A stretch of 64,000 nt of DNA from Lingula anatina (Eukaryota; Animalia; Brachiopoda), in contig CM120641.1 in NCBI GenBank assembly GCA_051362555.1, positions 44,026,401 through 44,090,400 of the forward strand, in the 5' to 3' direction. Position numbers and translations under genes: made by a program. Position 1 is the stretch's first letter, and each line of letters begins with the position of its first letter. A model generated the notes under the pieces. It made no database searches. It saw only the letters and a program-made list of their open reading frames with translations, and had not been told where the DNA came from. Shown piece by piece: positions 36,495 through 49,102 of this stretch.

Positions 36495-39400
36495 AGGAGC
36501 AGTATTAGTATGCACATTTCTAATGGCAGAGTGGAAGACACAACAGCCCAGCAGGATTATGAACTGTCTTTGAAGAAGATTTGAAGTGGTGCATGTCCAA
36601 CTTTAAACTCTTGTTATTAGACATACTGCTGAATGGGGGGAAGGGATTTACCTGTAATATAGTCCTTGCTTTAAAATTATGTTTTCAAAATTTCAAACGG
36701 AAAACTGAAGACAGTTCCAAGTGGAAAATATGTAACTAAAAACCACTATCATCTGAATTATGGCTGGTAATACATGCAATAGAACTAGAATATTATGTGG
36801 TTCTTCTTTGTAATACATGTAAGTGTTTTAAGTTGGTGAGAGTTGTTCTTCTAATCATAAATTTTTTGTATTGAATCCAGAAATTGGGCTGTTTTTTGGT
36901 ATATTACATCCTTTTCTTTTATGAATTTCCTTAAACAAGGCTATTATCTTAATTACAGAAAGTGTAGCCTTTCTACATACTTCTATACTTCATCCTGTAG
37001 AAGTTTTTAACTTGGAAATGTGTTGTAAATAGTAGACGAAGAACCACATGAAGTGTATTGTATTTTTTATACTAAAAGACTTCATAATTTAAAAGATTTG
37101 TAATGTATAATGGAAGCAGAGTTGTGGCTCCTTGTTTTCATGTGTATAGTGACTTTGAAATATACATGAAGACAGTGTATGATGAATAAAAGATCTTGAG
37201 ATATTTAAGGGTTAAATTATATTATTTCATTTTGTGCACACTTTGAAAATAAGATGGAGGTATGGCATGACATAGTCTTACAGGTCATTTTAAGCTGAAA
37301 AATAATTAAAATTTAAATTAAAATTAAAACCATTGTACTTTTAATTTTTGTAAGATTAATTAATTAGAACTGCAGGGCACAGGATTCTGCAGAGGATACA
37401 AACAATTACTGAAGGCATAACACAAAAATTATTTGAAAACTTGAGGAGACTCAGAAACGGTTGAAGTTTTAATCTCTTCTTTTCATCCTACATAATTATT
37501 TTCCTGAAAATTTGTCTATAAAAATATAGCACAGGTAAGGTGCTGAGCTTTCTTAGGCCCCAATTTGGTGAGCTGTCCCATGGGTACTAATTCCGTATAA
37601 TTTCCCCTGAAAAACTATAAAAAAACAAAAAGAAGCAGTCAATGTCCATAATAATTCATTTATTATGAAACATACCTAAAAGATGCATTGAATAACAACT
37701 AGTGACACACGTAACAATGCGGTTCACAAGACCACCTATAGTACCTCACATAATGAACATGAACAACCATGTTGTACGAAGACCCTGTCACCACAGATGT
37801 TATATTATTGCTCAGCAACCATTGCCACACCATATCTCTTCAAAACTTATTTCACATGTCAGACTCCTCATGCAATACTGAAACATAACGAAGCACATGC
37901 CTACATATATTTATAATAAATTAAGTTATGAATGTTGTGAAAATTGAATATTACCTCCTCCATAAAAAAGGAACATTAGACTTCGCATGATTTTTTGATC
38001 ACAATCAAAGTTATGAAAGACTACATTTTCAATGTTTATAAAACACTGACTTGCACTTAAAAGGACATAACTCTTAGCAGACATAATGTATTTTTTAAAC
38101 TATTATCCACTACTCAACTTCCAAACCATAGTAAGACTAGTAACATGCCAATTTTTAACATGGATGGTGACAATATCTTTGTGTAATTTATCCAAGTTTA
38201 TAGACAATTTAAAGCCTTCATAAACAACTGGGCACCAAACTGTGTGAACAATGACAGCAGTTGCAGAAAAAAGCTTACGGAGCTTTTAAAATGTTTGTCC
38301 AGAGTTTATAACTTATCCTTGTTATTTATTCGAATTATGTCTGAGTTAACCCTGCTAGTTCCTCGTTCAATCTCACTTAAGCTGCTGTTCTTATAACTTT
38401 AAGGCTCTAACTTTTAGTCTACTTTAATTCAGGATAAACCCATACTGGTCCACTATAATAAACTATTGTTCTAACGTATCATTTACATAAAAACAGATGC
38501 CATAGTGCATACAAGTGGACTACTATCAGTTTACTTTTTTTTAAAGTAGACAGAAATTTTTGGTTTGAATATAAGCCATATTCCAGGTGAACAACTCTTC
38601 TGTGAAAATGGCCCCCAGTAATTTCAAGCTGTTGCATGTTAAACTAACGGTCATGTAACATTCTCAACAGGCATTTTATCTTCCACCACAACCCCATGTT
38701 AAATTTTAAAATTCCTGGTATGCAAACAACTTGGAAGTTATCCAAAGTACACTGTCAATTTTTTTAACAAACACGTGCTACATAGAGGTTGGTGTCTGTC
38801 AAAAGACTGAAAATAATAGTAGTAATTTCAGTTTGAGGCTTTTGCTTTTCTACTGGTTACTTGCACTAGTAAGTAACAGGAAAGGTAACAGTATAAATCA
38901 AAATTTACTGGTCTGAAAATGAAAATGGTAGATGGAAAACAATTCAAATGTTTTCACTTCTGATCAAGCACTTAAATTTAGAATAGCCAATTCTTTCATT
39001 GACTTGAAGCCATGTCTTCACCTTGATCTCAGATTTCCAGCTTACATGGCAAACCAAATTCATAAGAGAAATTTATCCCATCCTGGTCATGGGAAATATG
39101 CTTAAGTTGAATGTAAGTGACTCAATATTCCTTATGCACATTTAAAAATCTTACCAATATCTTTTGATCCTCTCAGGCAGCACTTTTTTGTCATTCTAAG
39201 CTCTGGTTATTAACATAATTATTGTGAGGAAAAAAATTAAAATCGCACCAGATGTACAATAAAAACAATAATATGTTACAATATCTGAAGCTTGTAGCAG
39301 TTTTACAAGCACTTTTCAAGAACTTTGGTATTGTGACAAGGTTACAAACATAAATACATACTCTACAATTGAAAAATGACTTCTACTTATTCAATGGAAT

Positions 39401-39898
39401 GATTATATGAAATGAATTTGAAAACAAATAATGCTATACATGATTATGAGAATACAAAAAAAAAAGTCACAAAGATGATGAACAGAATTTATGCAAATTA
39501 GCAACGGCTGTTAAATGCACAGTAAGTGCAAGATTTTTTAAAAAATGCAGCAGTTCATAATGATGGCATAAATACAGTTAAATGAAAATAAAAGTCAAAC
39601 ACAAAAGGCTGGATGAAAGTGCATAAGCCATTCAAAACATCCGAATCAGTCTTAAAAACGAACAGTTCCGTTGCATTTCATCTTCATTTGATGCGAAATG
39701 AAGCATTTGATCTTGAGATTGCAATAGTATTACAGTTTAACTGTACTTGCACCAGTCAACACGATCTACACAACAAAGCAAACTTCTCTTCAACGTGCTA
39801 TAAAAATTTATTGCTGTAGAACAGTGGACGCCTTTTTTCTCCCCTTCTTCTTTAACCACTTCCTCTCCATTTCATTCCATCTCAACACACAATCACGC

Positions 39899-41882
39899 CT
39901 ACGGCCTATCCTTGCTCGTCAGCCGATCTATCAGCTCCTGCAGAGGGGCCAGTTCTCGCCTGTCAATCAGGTTAAACTCTTGCACAAAGAAAATGAAGTG
40001 TTTGAAGGAGGTGTTGAGGTGGGCCTCCTCGCTGAGCTGGACCACCTCCTTGAAGTGCTGGTGATAGATGTGGGCATATACCCTGAACAACCGTTTCAGT
40101 ATAGTCTTTGCAATTGATAAGAAGTTCTTGGGGAATGGCACACCTGAAGGCGCAACAACAACAACAACAACATTAATAATAATAATAACAAATAACTTTC
40201 AGCGATGCCTTACATATGACCATCAGTTTAGATTTAATATGTTATAAATATTCAATTCCAATCATTAAACTCTATTAATGAACCTGTAAACTGACTTTTT
40301 TACTGTAGCTTTAAAATCTGCTATAAATTAATTAGAGCACTTCCCAATAAGGTACATGACATTTAATTACATTTAGCCTATTAACACTGCTTTCCACTGA
40401 CTCATTAAGACACACTTCAACTGGTGGCAGTTGCACAAGACACTTCAGCCCAAAATTGGCCTTAACTTCTTGACCAAAAACTTGGTCTACTACAGTTTAA
40501 GATAAAAAAATAATTCAAAATTGACCTTAAATATCAGCCATGTCTTTCCTGTGCAATATTTAATTTCGAGTAGACTGCTACCAATTACCTTGCATGGGCA
40601 ACAAAGTTTGGTTTGAAAGGTTAACACTGATTTTTGGGCTAATGTTCTTTTGTGTGTAACAGGCCTAGGATAATCATTCTCACCAATTTTTGAAGGAAAC
40701 AGATGTTCATCATCGAGCTGATCTTGGACCCAGGTCATCAAATAGTCTATGTATTTGGGTGCAGAACACTTGATTGGCTTTTTGACTGTTTGGCCGTCGG
40801 CCCAATGATACTCATATTTTGGTCCCGCTGACATCACAGGGCAGGTTTCTTCTGTACAGAACTCTGTTATTGTTCCATACAGCATGTTTATTTGATTGAA
40901 GAAATCCACAGCTGGAAAAAAAAGGAAAAATATTACTTTTTATTGAAGAAATTCACAGCTCAATATAGAGAAATGTATTTATTTATTTTTCTCTCAATTA
41001 TTCTATTGAAATAAACATAAGAGGTAAATTCTAAATCTTACTAAAATTTCTGATGTTATTTTTATTTATTTCTATTTCAAATTTTAAAATTAAGACAATG
41101 TGACAGCAATTTTCCCATCACAACCATTCAAGATGACCTGCTGCCTTCAACTTTCGAAATGAAACTTAATGATTGTAACATAAGACGACGAGGAATTAAA
41201 ATGTTAATAGTAAAATGAATCAAAGTTGGCCTTGAACCATCTTGCTCCTTATTCAATCATCAATATGTTACCTAGACTGCAAACTTGTGTTGCGTCTCAC
41301 CAACTCATCAAACATGCATGAAAAATCCCTGAATTATGTAGCATGTTATTATATAATCAATCATAAAATTTTGCTTTGCATGTAACTGAGGAAATGCATG
41401 CTTGTGTTTAACCAAATACATTGGTCACATGCCTAGTAAGCAACTGTGGAATTTCCACAAAGAATTTTCAAGTCTATAAAATTGATTCCTCTAAGCAAGC
41501 TGTTCAATTCAGATTCAAATCTAGATCAGGCCTCATAGTAGTTTATTCATATCCAGATGCTTTATTCCCAGCATCTGTTTCCTTTTTAATAGATTCATTA
41601 AAGACCATTAGAGCTAAATAACATAGCTGGACATTGTACTTTTCTTCAACCTGGCAGGATTTGACGTCATGCAGTCATTTGTATCTTTCTACATTAGCAG
41701 CCCATTTCCCCTTAATTACTATCCCTTTTTAAGTATAATTTAAACATCAATTTTAAGCACACCCCCCCCACACACACACACATACACACTTAACTGATAC
41801 ATACAATCCAACAGATTTAATGATACCCCCTCCATGCAGGCAAACATAAACAAACGCACACATCCATACAAACCAGCACTCA

Positions 41883-41918
<36 letters not shown>

Positions 41919-44900
41919 AACGCACGCACGCACACCAATCAGGTACTTACTGTTGACTGCCACCCACTCATTCAGATCCTCTCCCTCTGGTAACATCACC
42001 GCCAGCCGTAGGTTGCCACTCCCCAGGGTGGCGGCCGCATGCTTCATCAAGTCATACTGGTGGGTGCCTTCCGGAATGTTTTTCTTTGGCTTGAAGGTTT
42101 TGTTGTTGCGACTTCCACTAAAATGGAAAGATAAATGTGCTTTTGAATATTAAATGGCATTTTGTGTTAAAATTGAATATTAAATGGCATTTTTAATAAA
42201 ATGTGACAGGACACAAGAGCGTAATGGCTCAGCAAAAAAAAAAAAAAAAATAAAAATAAAAAAAAAATAAAATAAAATAAATCAGGTCTATTAAATGTTA
42301 GAAAATCTCCAAACAGCGATCCTCTGGGTATTTTACTATGTGTAACAACAATGCTGCATAAAGGACAGGCAAAACATTTTAAAAACTTTCAAAAGTTTGG
42401 CATCTCTCAATTTGTGCATTGGTATAAAAGACATCACTTGGACTTAAAATTTTGCCAGGGGTGGGGCTTCCTATGGGTTATTCAAAACATTAAACAAGTT
42501 TTAAAAAGTCCATCAGTAATAGCAATTTATGTCATGTCAGGTTAATGGTCTATCCATGCCCTAGTCAAACATCCTGTGGTCAGTAGTCCTGGTCAGTGGA
42601 TGTGGTCACTGCCTGTGTTCTAACATAAGTAATGGTTTCGGTTTCGAGTCACCTCCTTAACTGCAGCACAAGTCTCACACTTGAAAGACCAAAGCCAATG
42701 CTTCTGCTCAAACTCATGGTTTATCCTCATCTGCATACACAGGTTCCTACTAGTACTTTATTCCTTAGTCACAGATAGATCTCTCCTATACTAAATCAGT
42801 GGTATTAGTTCAGATTTTCTCAGTAATTCTATAGAGTATAACCATTCATTGTAAATACCACCCATTACCAAAACACCAGTCAGACTTCACTAGGTGTACA
42901 TATATACATACATGGACCAAAAATATTCAAGCACCAAAACTCTCTAAGTTATGTACACATTGCAGACAAAATATCTACCATTTGAATATATTGCAAACAT
43001 ACATGCTATGCAGTACATCACCACAGATGACAACAAGATAAGAATGCCGAGGATGGGATTCCACAAAAATTTAACAGGTGGGCACTAAATAATATGACCT
43101 TTCATAGATATATACCTAAAAACACAAATTAGACTCACTAAGAAATTCCAAACAACTTAAAAATAATACTGCAGAATAGAATATTTACAATGCCCCACAC
43201 TAAAAGCATCAAATGATGATAATAATCCCTTCAACAAATATGTCAGACACAAAGCAAATATTAAAACAACAACAAAAAACTATGTGACATGTGTTTTGTA
43301 TACTGATGCTTGTCATATAAGCAACCCAGGCATTTAAAATTTCAGAACTCCTACCTCAATGATACAAGGATGCTGGTAAAGAAAGAGGCCATTTAAACCA
43401 GAGAGAAACAATACTGCATCCCGATGCAGTCTGCAAATAGTTTTATTCCTAATTCAGATCCAAACACAATAGTCCACAAACATCCACTGGTCCAGATATA
43501 TCTAGTTATCCACAGCTTGAAAATCTTCTCTATTCCAGTAACTATCCACTTTATATTGCACGTATTACTGATGTTATTTTATATCTATATATTGTTATAG
43601 AAATTTTAAATGTATATCTATGATAAACTTTATGACCACTTCAGAGGTGTATTGTGTGGAAAATAAAGCCTCTTCCTTTTCTACTCCCTCAATTAAAGTT
43701 TGTTATGCCTTTTGCAGACAAGAATAAATTTGTTTGTCTACATTTATAACTTCCTTCCTATAATATCATCCATCCAGAGCTTGAAAGTCAAGTTATTTTC
43801 CATATAGTAATATCCATAAAATACACACGATTTCGCCAAGCACACAATATCCAAACTTCTCCCAAAGTGTGTTAGAAATACAGGACAACTTGGTTTCGAT
43901 CAGTTAAGGATTGAAAAGTCATCGAACAAAGTCAAAGTCAAATACAGATCCAGATCCTTGGTCAGTTACAGTGCTATATCCTTTTAAAACCAGAAACCCT
44001 TTTCTCTGCTCTACTCTTTCTCTCCTGCCAGAGAGTCAGTTGGGGTCACAGCTGTTCCCAGTTCACAAGATGAAGTGCAGGGTCAAATCAAATGAACCAT
44101 TAAAACCAATCAAGCGAATTCAACAACTTGTAGACCCTCTGTGCCAGATGTGTCTTAAAACAACAGCCTGCTCTGGCTCTGTGGCTGTTGCCAGTGCTCA
44201 TCAGAACCAGAGATATCATGGAAAGTCGAGAGAAAAGGAGTACACTGGGGAGAAAAGCCCTGTATCTGGAGAAGAAACAATGTGGAAAATGTTGGCCCCT
44301 CTCCAATCCCCTGGCAACAAGGTATGAGAAGCCCCATGATCTTTGCCAGTGTTTAAATAAAGCTTACCTTTATGGCACCTTACCTGACCAGTTGAGGGCC
44401 TGTTTCAATGGAGCTTTTCAAATGAAAATTGGCCTTGACCTTAACACTAAATATTTCGATCTACTTTAAACTGGGATACATCAGTGCAGTGGAAGTTCAC
44501 TTTTCAGAAATGTGGGTTTTTTATATTTAAACAGAAATTACTAGTGTTAGAGATTAATAGTTGTTTTATTTACAAGTAAGTGCACTAATATTATCCTAAC
44601 TTATCCTAACTATTATCCTAACTTATCCTAAATTTCTAATCTGAAATTTAAGGCAAACTTTCAATTCTTAACTATTTTGTGAAACCAATTCCTTGAAGCT
44701 TTCAAACCTGGTGGTGGTAATGATAAACCAGTAAGTAGAGGAGGAAATACCACCCGACCATCACTTCCACTTCTGACATTTCCTCAGATGAAACTCAATC
44801 CAATTCTGGTTCAGACTGGGAAACCTCTTTTGTCCAGAGGTTAATTAAGAGGTCAATACCACGGCCGACTAAGCAGCAGATAAATGCCAATTCATTTGTT

Positions 44901-47900
44901 ATTTCAACATTTATGCCCTCAATAGAGATAAACGAAAATAATTCTTTATATCTACCAAATAATCTAAAATAATACTAAGAATGCATTGTCACTACATGCA
45001 ATTCTTGATAATCAAACTCCTGATAAGACACATGATCAAAATCAAAATAGGATGATTCTGAAATGATCACAACGACTGATCTGTGGTTTAATAAAATAAA
45101 AAAATACAAGTCTTTTTTACCCTCTATCACTTACAAGTGATTTTATTCTAATATGAATTTCATGGTGGACATTTAGTAATATTATTTCTACCAATTAAGG
45201 GTTAATGGACACCATTTTCTGTCTAAAAGTTGAAACCCAACTTTCCAGTTCTTCTATGAAACGGGTCCCAAGATTAAAAGTAAATATCCCATACCTGATT
45301 CCCAGACAGCTATACATCTGGTCCTGCTAAGCCACTTTTACACAGACAAATAGGATATGGAAAAATAACACAAGGATATATGAAATAGTCTTTCTCAAGC
45401 AAAGAAGGAATGTAGTATGTGTAATGGGGCACCAGCAGCAACACTCCCTGGGCCAAGATACCTGACGTCATTACCAGATATTATACACCTGATTTGAAAA
45501 GATAGAATAAATCATTTTATATCCTGTTGTATTTACTTCATAAAGGGCTACCTTTGGAAAAGTTACTTTCAGTCATATAGCTGGACATTTTTAGCGAATC
45601 AAATGTGTGAACCAAATCCAAGATGAATTTCTTTAAAAACGGCAAAATATTTCACATTTTCCATTGACAAATAGAAATATGTTTAGCATGTGGCAAAATT
45701 CCATTATGCCAGAGTGAGGCCAATTTATTTTCTGTATGAAATTAAGACTATGCTTGATGTCATCTGAGAGCTACAATTAATATGGCAGCAAACCCAATGA
45801 ATCACCCAAAATTCTGACTCATTCCTCATGACATCTATATTAATTAATTTCAGCAAACAAGTGTTGTTGACCCTCCTCTTAGTCTTAATAAGACCTAACA
45901 AATTACAAATGGAAACCTCAGCTCAGCATTAACAGCTGATTTTGCCTTCTTCAGTCTACCAGTAATTCCTAACAAAAAATTATAAAAAGATATTTTTGAT
46001 TGACAGCAATCACCTCATTTTTATCACCTACAAACCCAAAATAAACAATAGGCTGGAGGGAAAGGAGGGGGGGGGGGGGGAGGGGGCAGAGAGCACACAA
46101 CTTTCTTTTCTAAACAAGACTTCCAAATAAGGCCTAAACAACTATTACATGCTTCAACAAAGATTAGTCATTTCTATAGTACAACTTCTCCACTTAGACA
46201 ACAGACACATTCCTAAAGCATTTGAAAACCTCACATCCTAAAGAAGTAATAAAATGTGAAAAAAAAGAAAACTATTGCATATTTTGTCTGAAGGTTGTCA
46301 CGCTCTAGAAAAGATCCATTTAACTTTACAAAGTTTTAGGAGGAGATAGGATCTCTCATAATGAAATTTCTTCAAGCAATTATCCTCAGTTTTTTTAGTA
46401 CAAAAGGAAACCAACATATCAACCAAGCAGTGAGTCACAGGCACATTGTTATGTGAACAAAGTATAATGAAGTCTATACTGCTGTTTTCTTTCCAAAAAG
46501 GCCACAAATGTGTTCAACTCGATTTACCTGGACAAAATTATATCCGCAGCAGACCTAGACACTCTATGTTCGACCATAAGTAAAATAATGTACCTAGTAA
46601 AGGTTAAGGTATATTTCTGCACTTTTCTTCCTTTTAAACACAATGCATTTAATGGCTTGATTCTTTGAATCTACGGAAAAGTAGAAATTAGCTTAACTAA
46701 TGCAAATAGAAAAGCATCTAGCTGAAACCACAAACATAAAACTTGATGCTGGATTTCAGAGTGACTTGGAGTTGCCAAAATGCTATGTTCCAAGAAGTTA
46801 TTTGTCAGTCATATTGTTCATAAGTCTAACCTAAGCATGATACAATTTGCATTATGCATGATTGTATATTACAGGCATGCTACTTTTTATGATTTTTCCA
46901 AGTTCCCATGAGAAATGCTGTGCATAAAAATGCAATCATTATCAACTGGTAGAAGCCGACTTGCAAGTTACCACCATGCAGACCAATTTAAATTTTATCC
47001 ACAACTTTCCAGCATTTTCTATACTTGTGTTAACAAGCTGGGATCACACCAGCTCTCACTATACTCACCAAATGCAAAAATAAATTGACTTAGGCAAAAA
47101 AATATATAAAATAAATAAATAAATAAATAAAAACAGCATACTTCTGACAATATGGCAAAAGCAAGGAGTAGGGATGGCCCCTTGGCTCAAAAGACAGCCT
47201 GTATTTCCGAAGATTCCTGGATGACTTACAAAATTTTGGGGAAATGAGGGGTTGGTTTCTCAGGATGGCTTATGGATGGCCTAGCAATATATAGCATGTA
47301 AATGGCTACTGGTAGCACTGATCTGTTAAAAACTTTGCAAAGACAATAACAATTGGCTGGAAGGCCCAGAAACACAAAATCTGATCTATCTTTAGTTTTA
47401 CTAGTTTATTCTATGTTAAACACAAAATGAGTTTGGACTCAAAATATTTTGTGAAAAAGTCTCCAGTATCCCTCTTGTCTCAGTGTCCATCTTTGTTGGA
47501 CTCAGCTGTTAGCAACATATCACATGTACCAGTATTTTGACATGTTAACATGACAAGATGAATACTTGTCCACTGATGTGTTATGTAGCCAAGTCCTTCT
47601 CAGCCTCTGTACTAGAATATTTGGCAATGATAAGACAAGCTGTTACACAGATAACTCTGAGAAAATTGGGTGAAATAGGAAAGTGTGGGAAATAACACTT
47701 TTTAACCCCTCACAAGTTATTCCATATATGGATAGATTCAAATAAGTACTGCTATCATGACCAAAGATTATTTAGGATCAGATACCATCAAAAATTATGA
47801 AAACGTCTGGTTATAAATTCATCCATGACCTGGGGGCTCTAACAATAATTGGGTTGAGTTCAGAAGCAATAACAATGACCCGCTAGTTCCTCTGTCTACT

Positions 47901-48368
47901 AAAACATATCCCACTTGCAACTCTCAAATATCATGTGAGTATATGAGAAAAAAAAAACACGACCATTACACAATTACTGCAAGGTGACAAACTCATTCAT
48001 CTAACATCATCTTGATGTTAAGTACAGCTTCATTCTAAAATTTGATATAAACTAACAGAACGATCTTCTCTGAACTTCCTCGTAGTATTAGCACTGTGAG
48101 TGTGACAGATATGACGTATTGGCATAGCTACTGCTAGCTGTAACTAAGTTAGACTACTTCAAAAATAAGTACCAGGTGACACGGACTTAATATAATAAAT
48201 TGTGTTCATGGATACAGACATGTAGTATCAAATCTAGCGGGGTTCTTTATCGTTAAGCAAAAACAATTCATATATGCAAATATTTCACAAACGTAAACAG
48301 TGTCAAACGTACAGGACGACTTATGTTTACAAACATGAACATCAAAACACTTACAATAGGAAGCTCAT
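39899..48368 (-). CDS. MOB1: MOB kinase activator 1 (Hippo pathway, mats), 217 aa; exons 48368-48355, 42117-41951, 40911-40684, 40143-39899
   Basis: MSFLF|[55 protein letters not shown]|[19 protein letters not shown]..|[20 protein letters not shown]. Exons sum to 654 nt. A candidate AATAAA on the - strand at 37659-37664 implies a ~2.2-kb 3'UTR. Confidence 0.97.
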
Positions 48369-48469
48369 TTTCTCCAATATCCAAAAGCAAAGCACCAAAA
48401 TAATGTCAACAGGCTCTGTTGAGATATATCTTCTTTCACTTCATGGAATAAACGTTCTCTCGCTGAGAA

Positions 48470-48780
48470 ATAAAAGTAAGGATGGAATAGATTTCCGGAT
48501 GATGTGTCAGCTATTTGTCAAAATGGAGGCCAATGTTTTGAAAGTATATAGACCGGAAGTACTCGAAGCGACCTTGACAAAAAACTGTTTGATTTAATTG
48601 AAAATATGTTGCTTACTACATCCAATTTTCGTTGTTATGTTGCTTTATGACAACAAAAAGAAACTATACTTACAAAAGAGCGACACATGTAGAAAATAAA
48701 AAAAAATTCAATTCTTTTGTGAACTCCCTGCATTCCCCACTCACGCTGTGGACGCCATTTTGGTAAATTGTTGATGTTGG
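48470..48780. promoter_or_regulatory. Bidirectional promoter shared by MOB1 and hnRNP H/F
   Basis: The MOB1 ATG (48368) and the hnRNP non-coding exon 1 (donor G|GTAAGT after 48779) diverge within ~400 bp. Motifs: ETS-type TTCCGG (~48493) and CCGGAAGT (~48553), YY1-type CAAAATGG (~48519) and GCCATTTT (~48754). Confidence 0.6.
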
Positions 48781-49102
48781 TAAGTAATTAATCGTGCTTT
48801 TTGTAACATTAAGAAAGGCAAATCAACTTGAAAACAAGTGCAAGAGCTATCAGATTCACAAGTGAATGAAATCAGCTGTTGGGAATGTGGAAGAAGTGTA
48901 AACATTCTGTGCTATCTTCATTCGGCTTTTCACATGTTGCTTTCTCATTTTCCATTGATTAGCATTGTATTTTGGAAATCATTCTGTTTTATTTTCATTG
49001 CTCATAGAAATAACTTTTTATGTGAAAAATATATGTGCAGTTCCACTATTGATGTTACTTGCTATTTCAGTCAGATACTGTTCACTATCCAGTTAAAACA
49101 TA

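Noticed and set aside
43911-44469. 138-aa and 93-aa ORFs inside MOB1 intron 1 (nested gene or alternative first exon?)
   Set aside because: No recognisable motif and no convincing splice path into MOB1 exon 2; RNA-seq would be needed.
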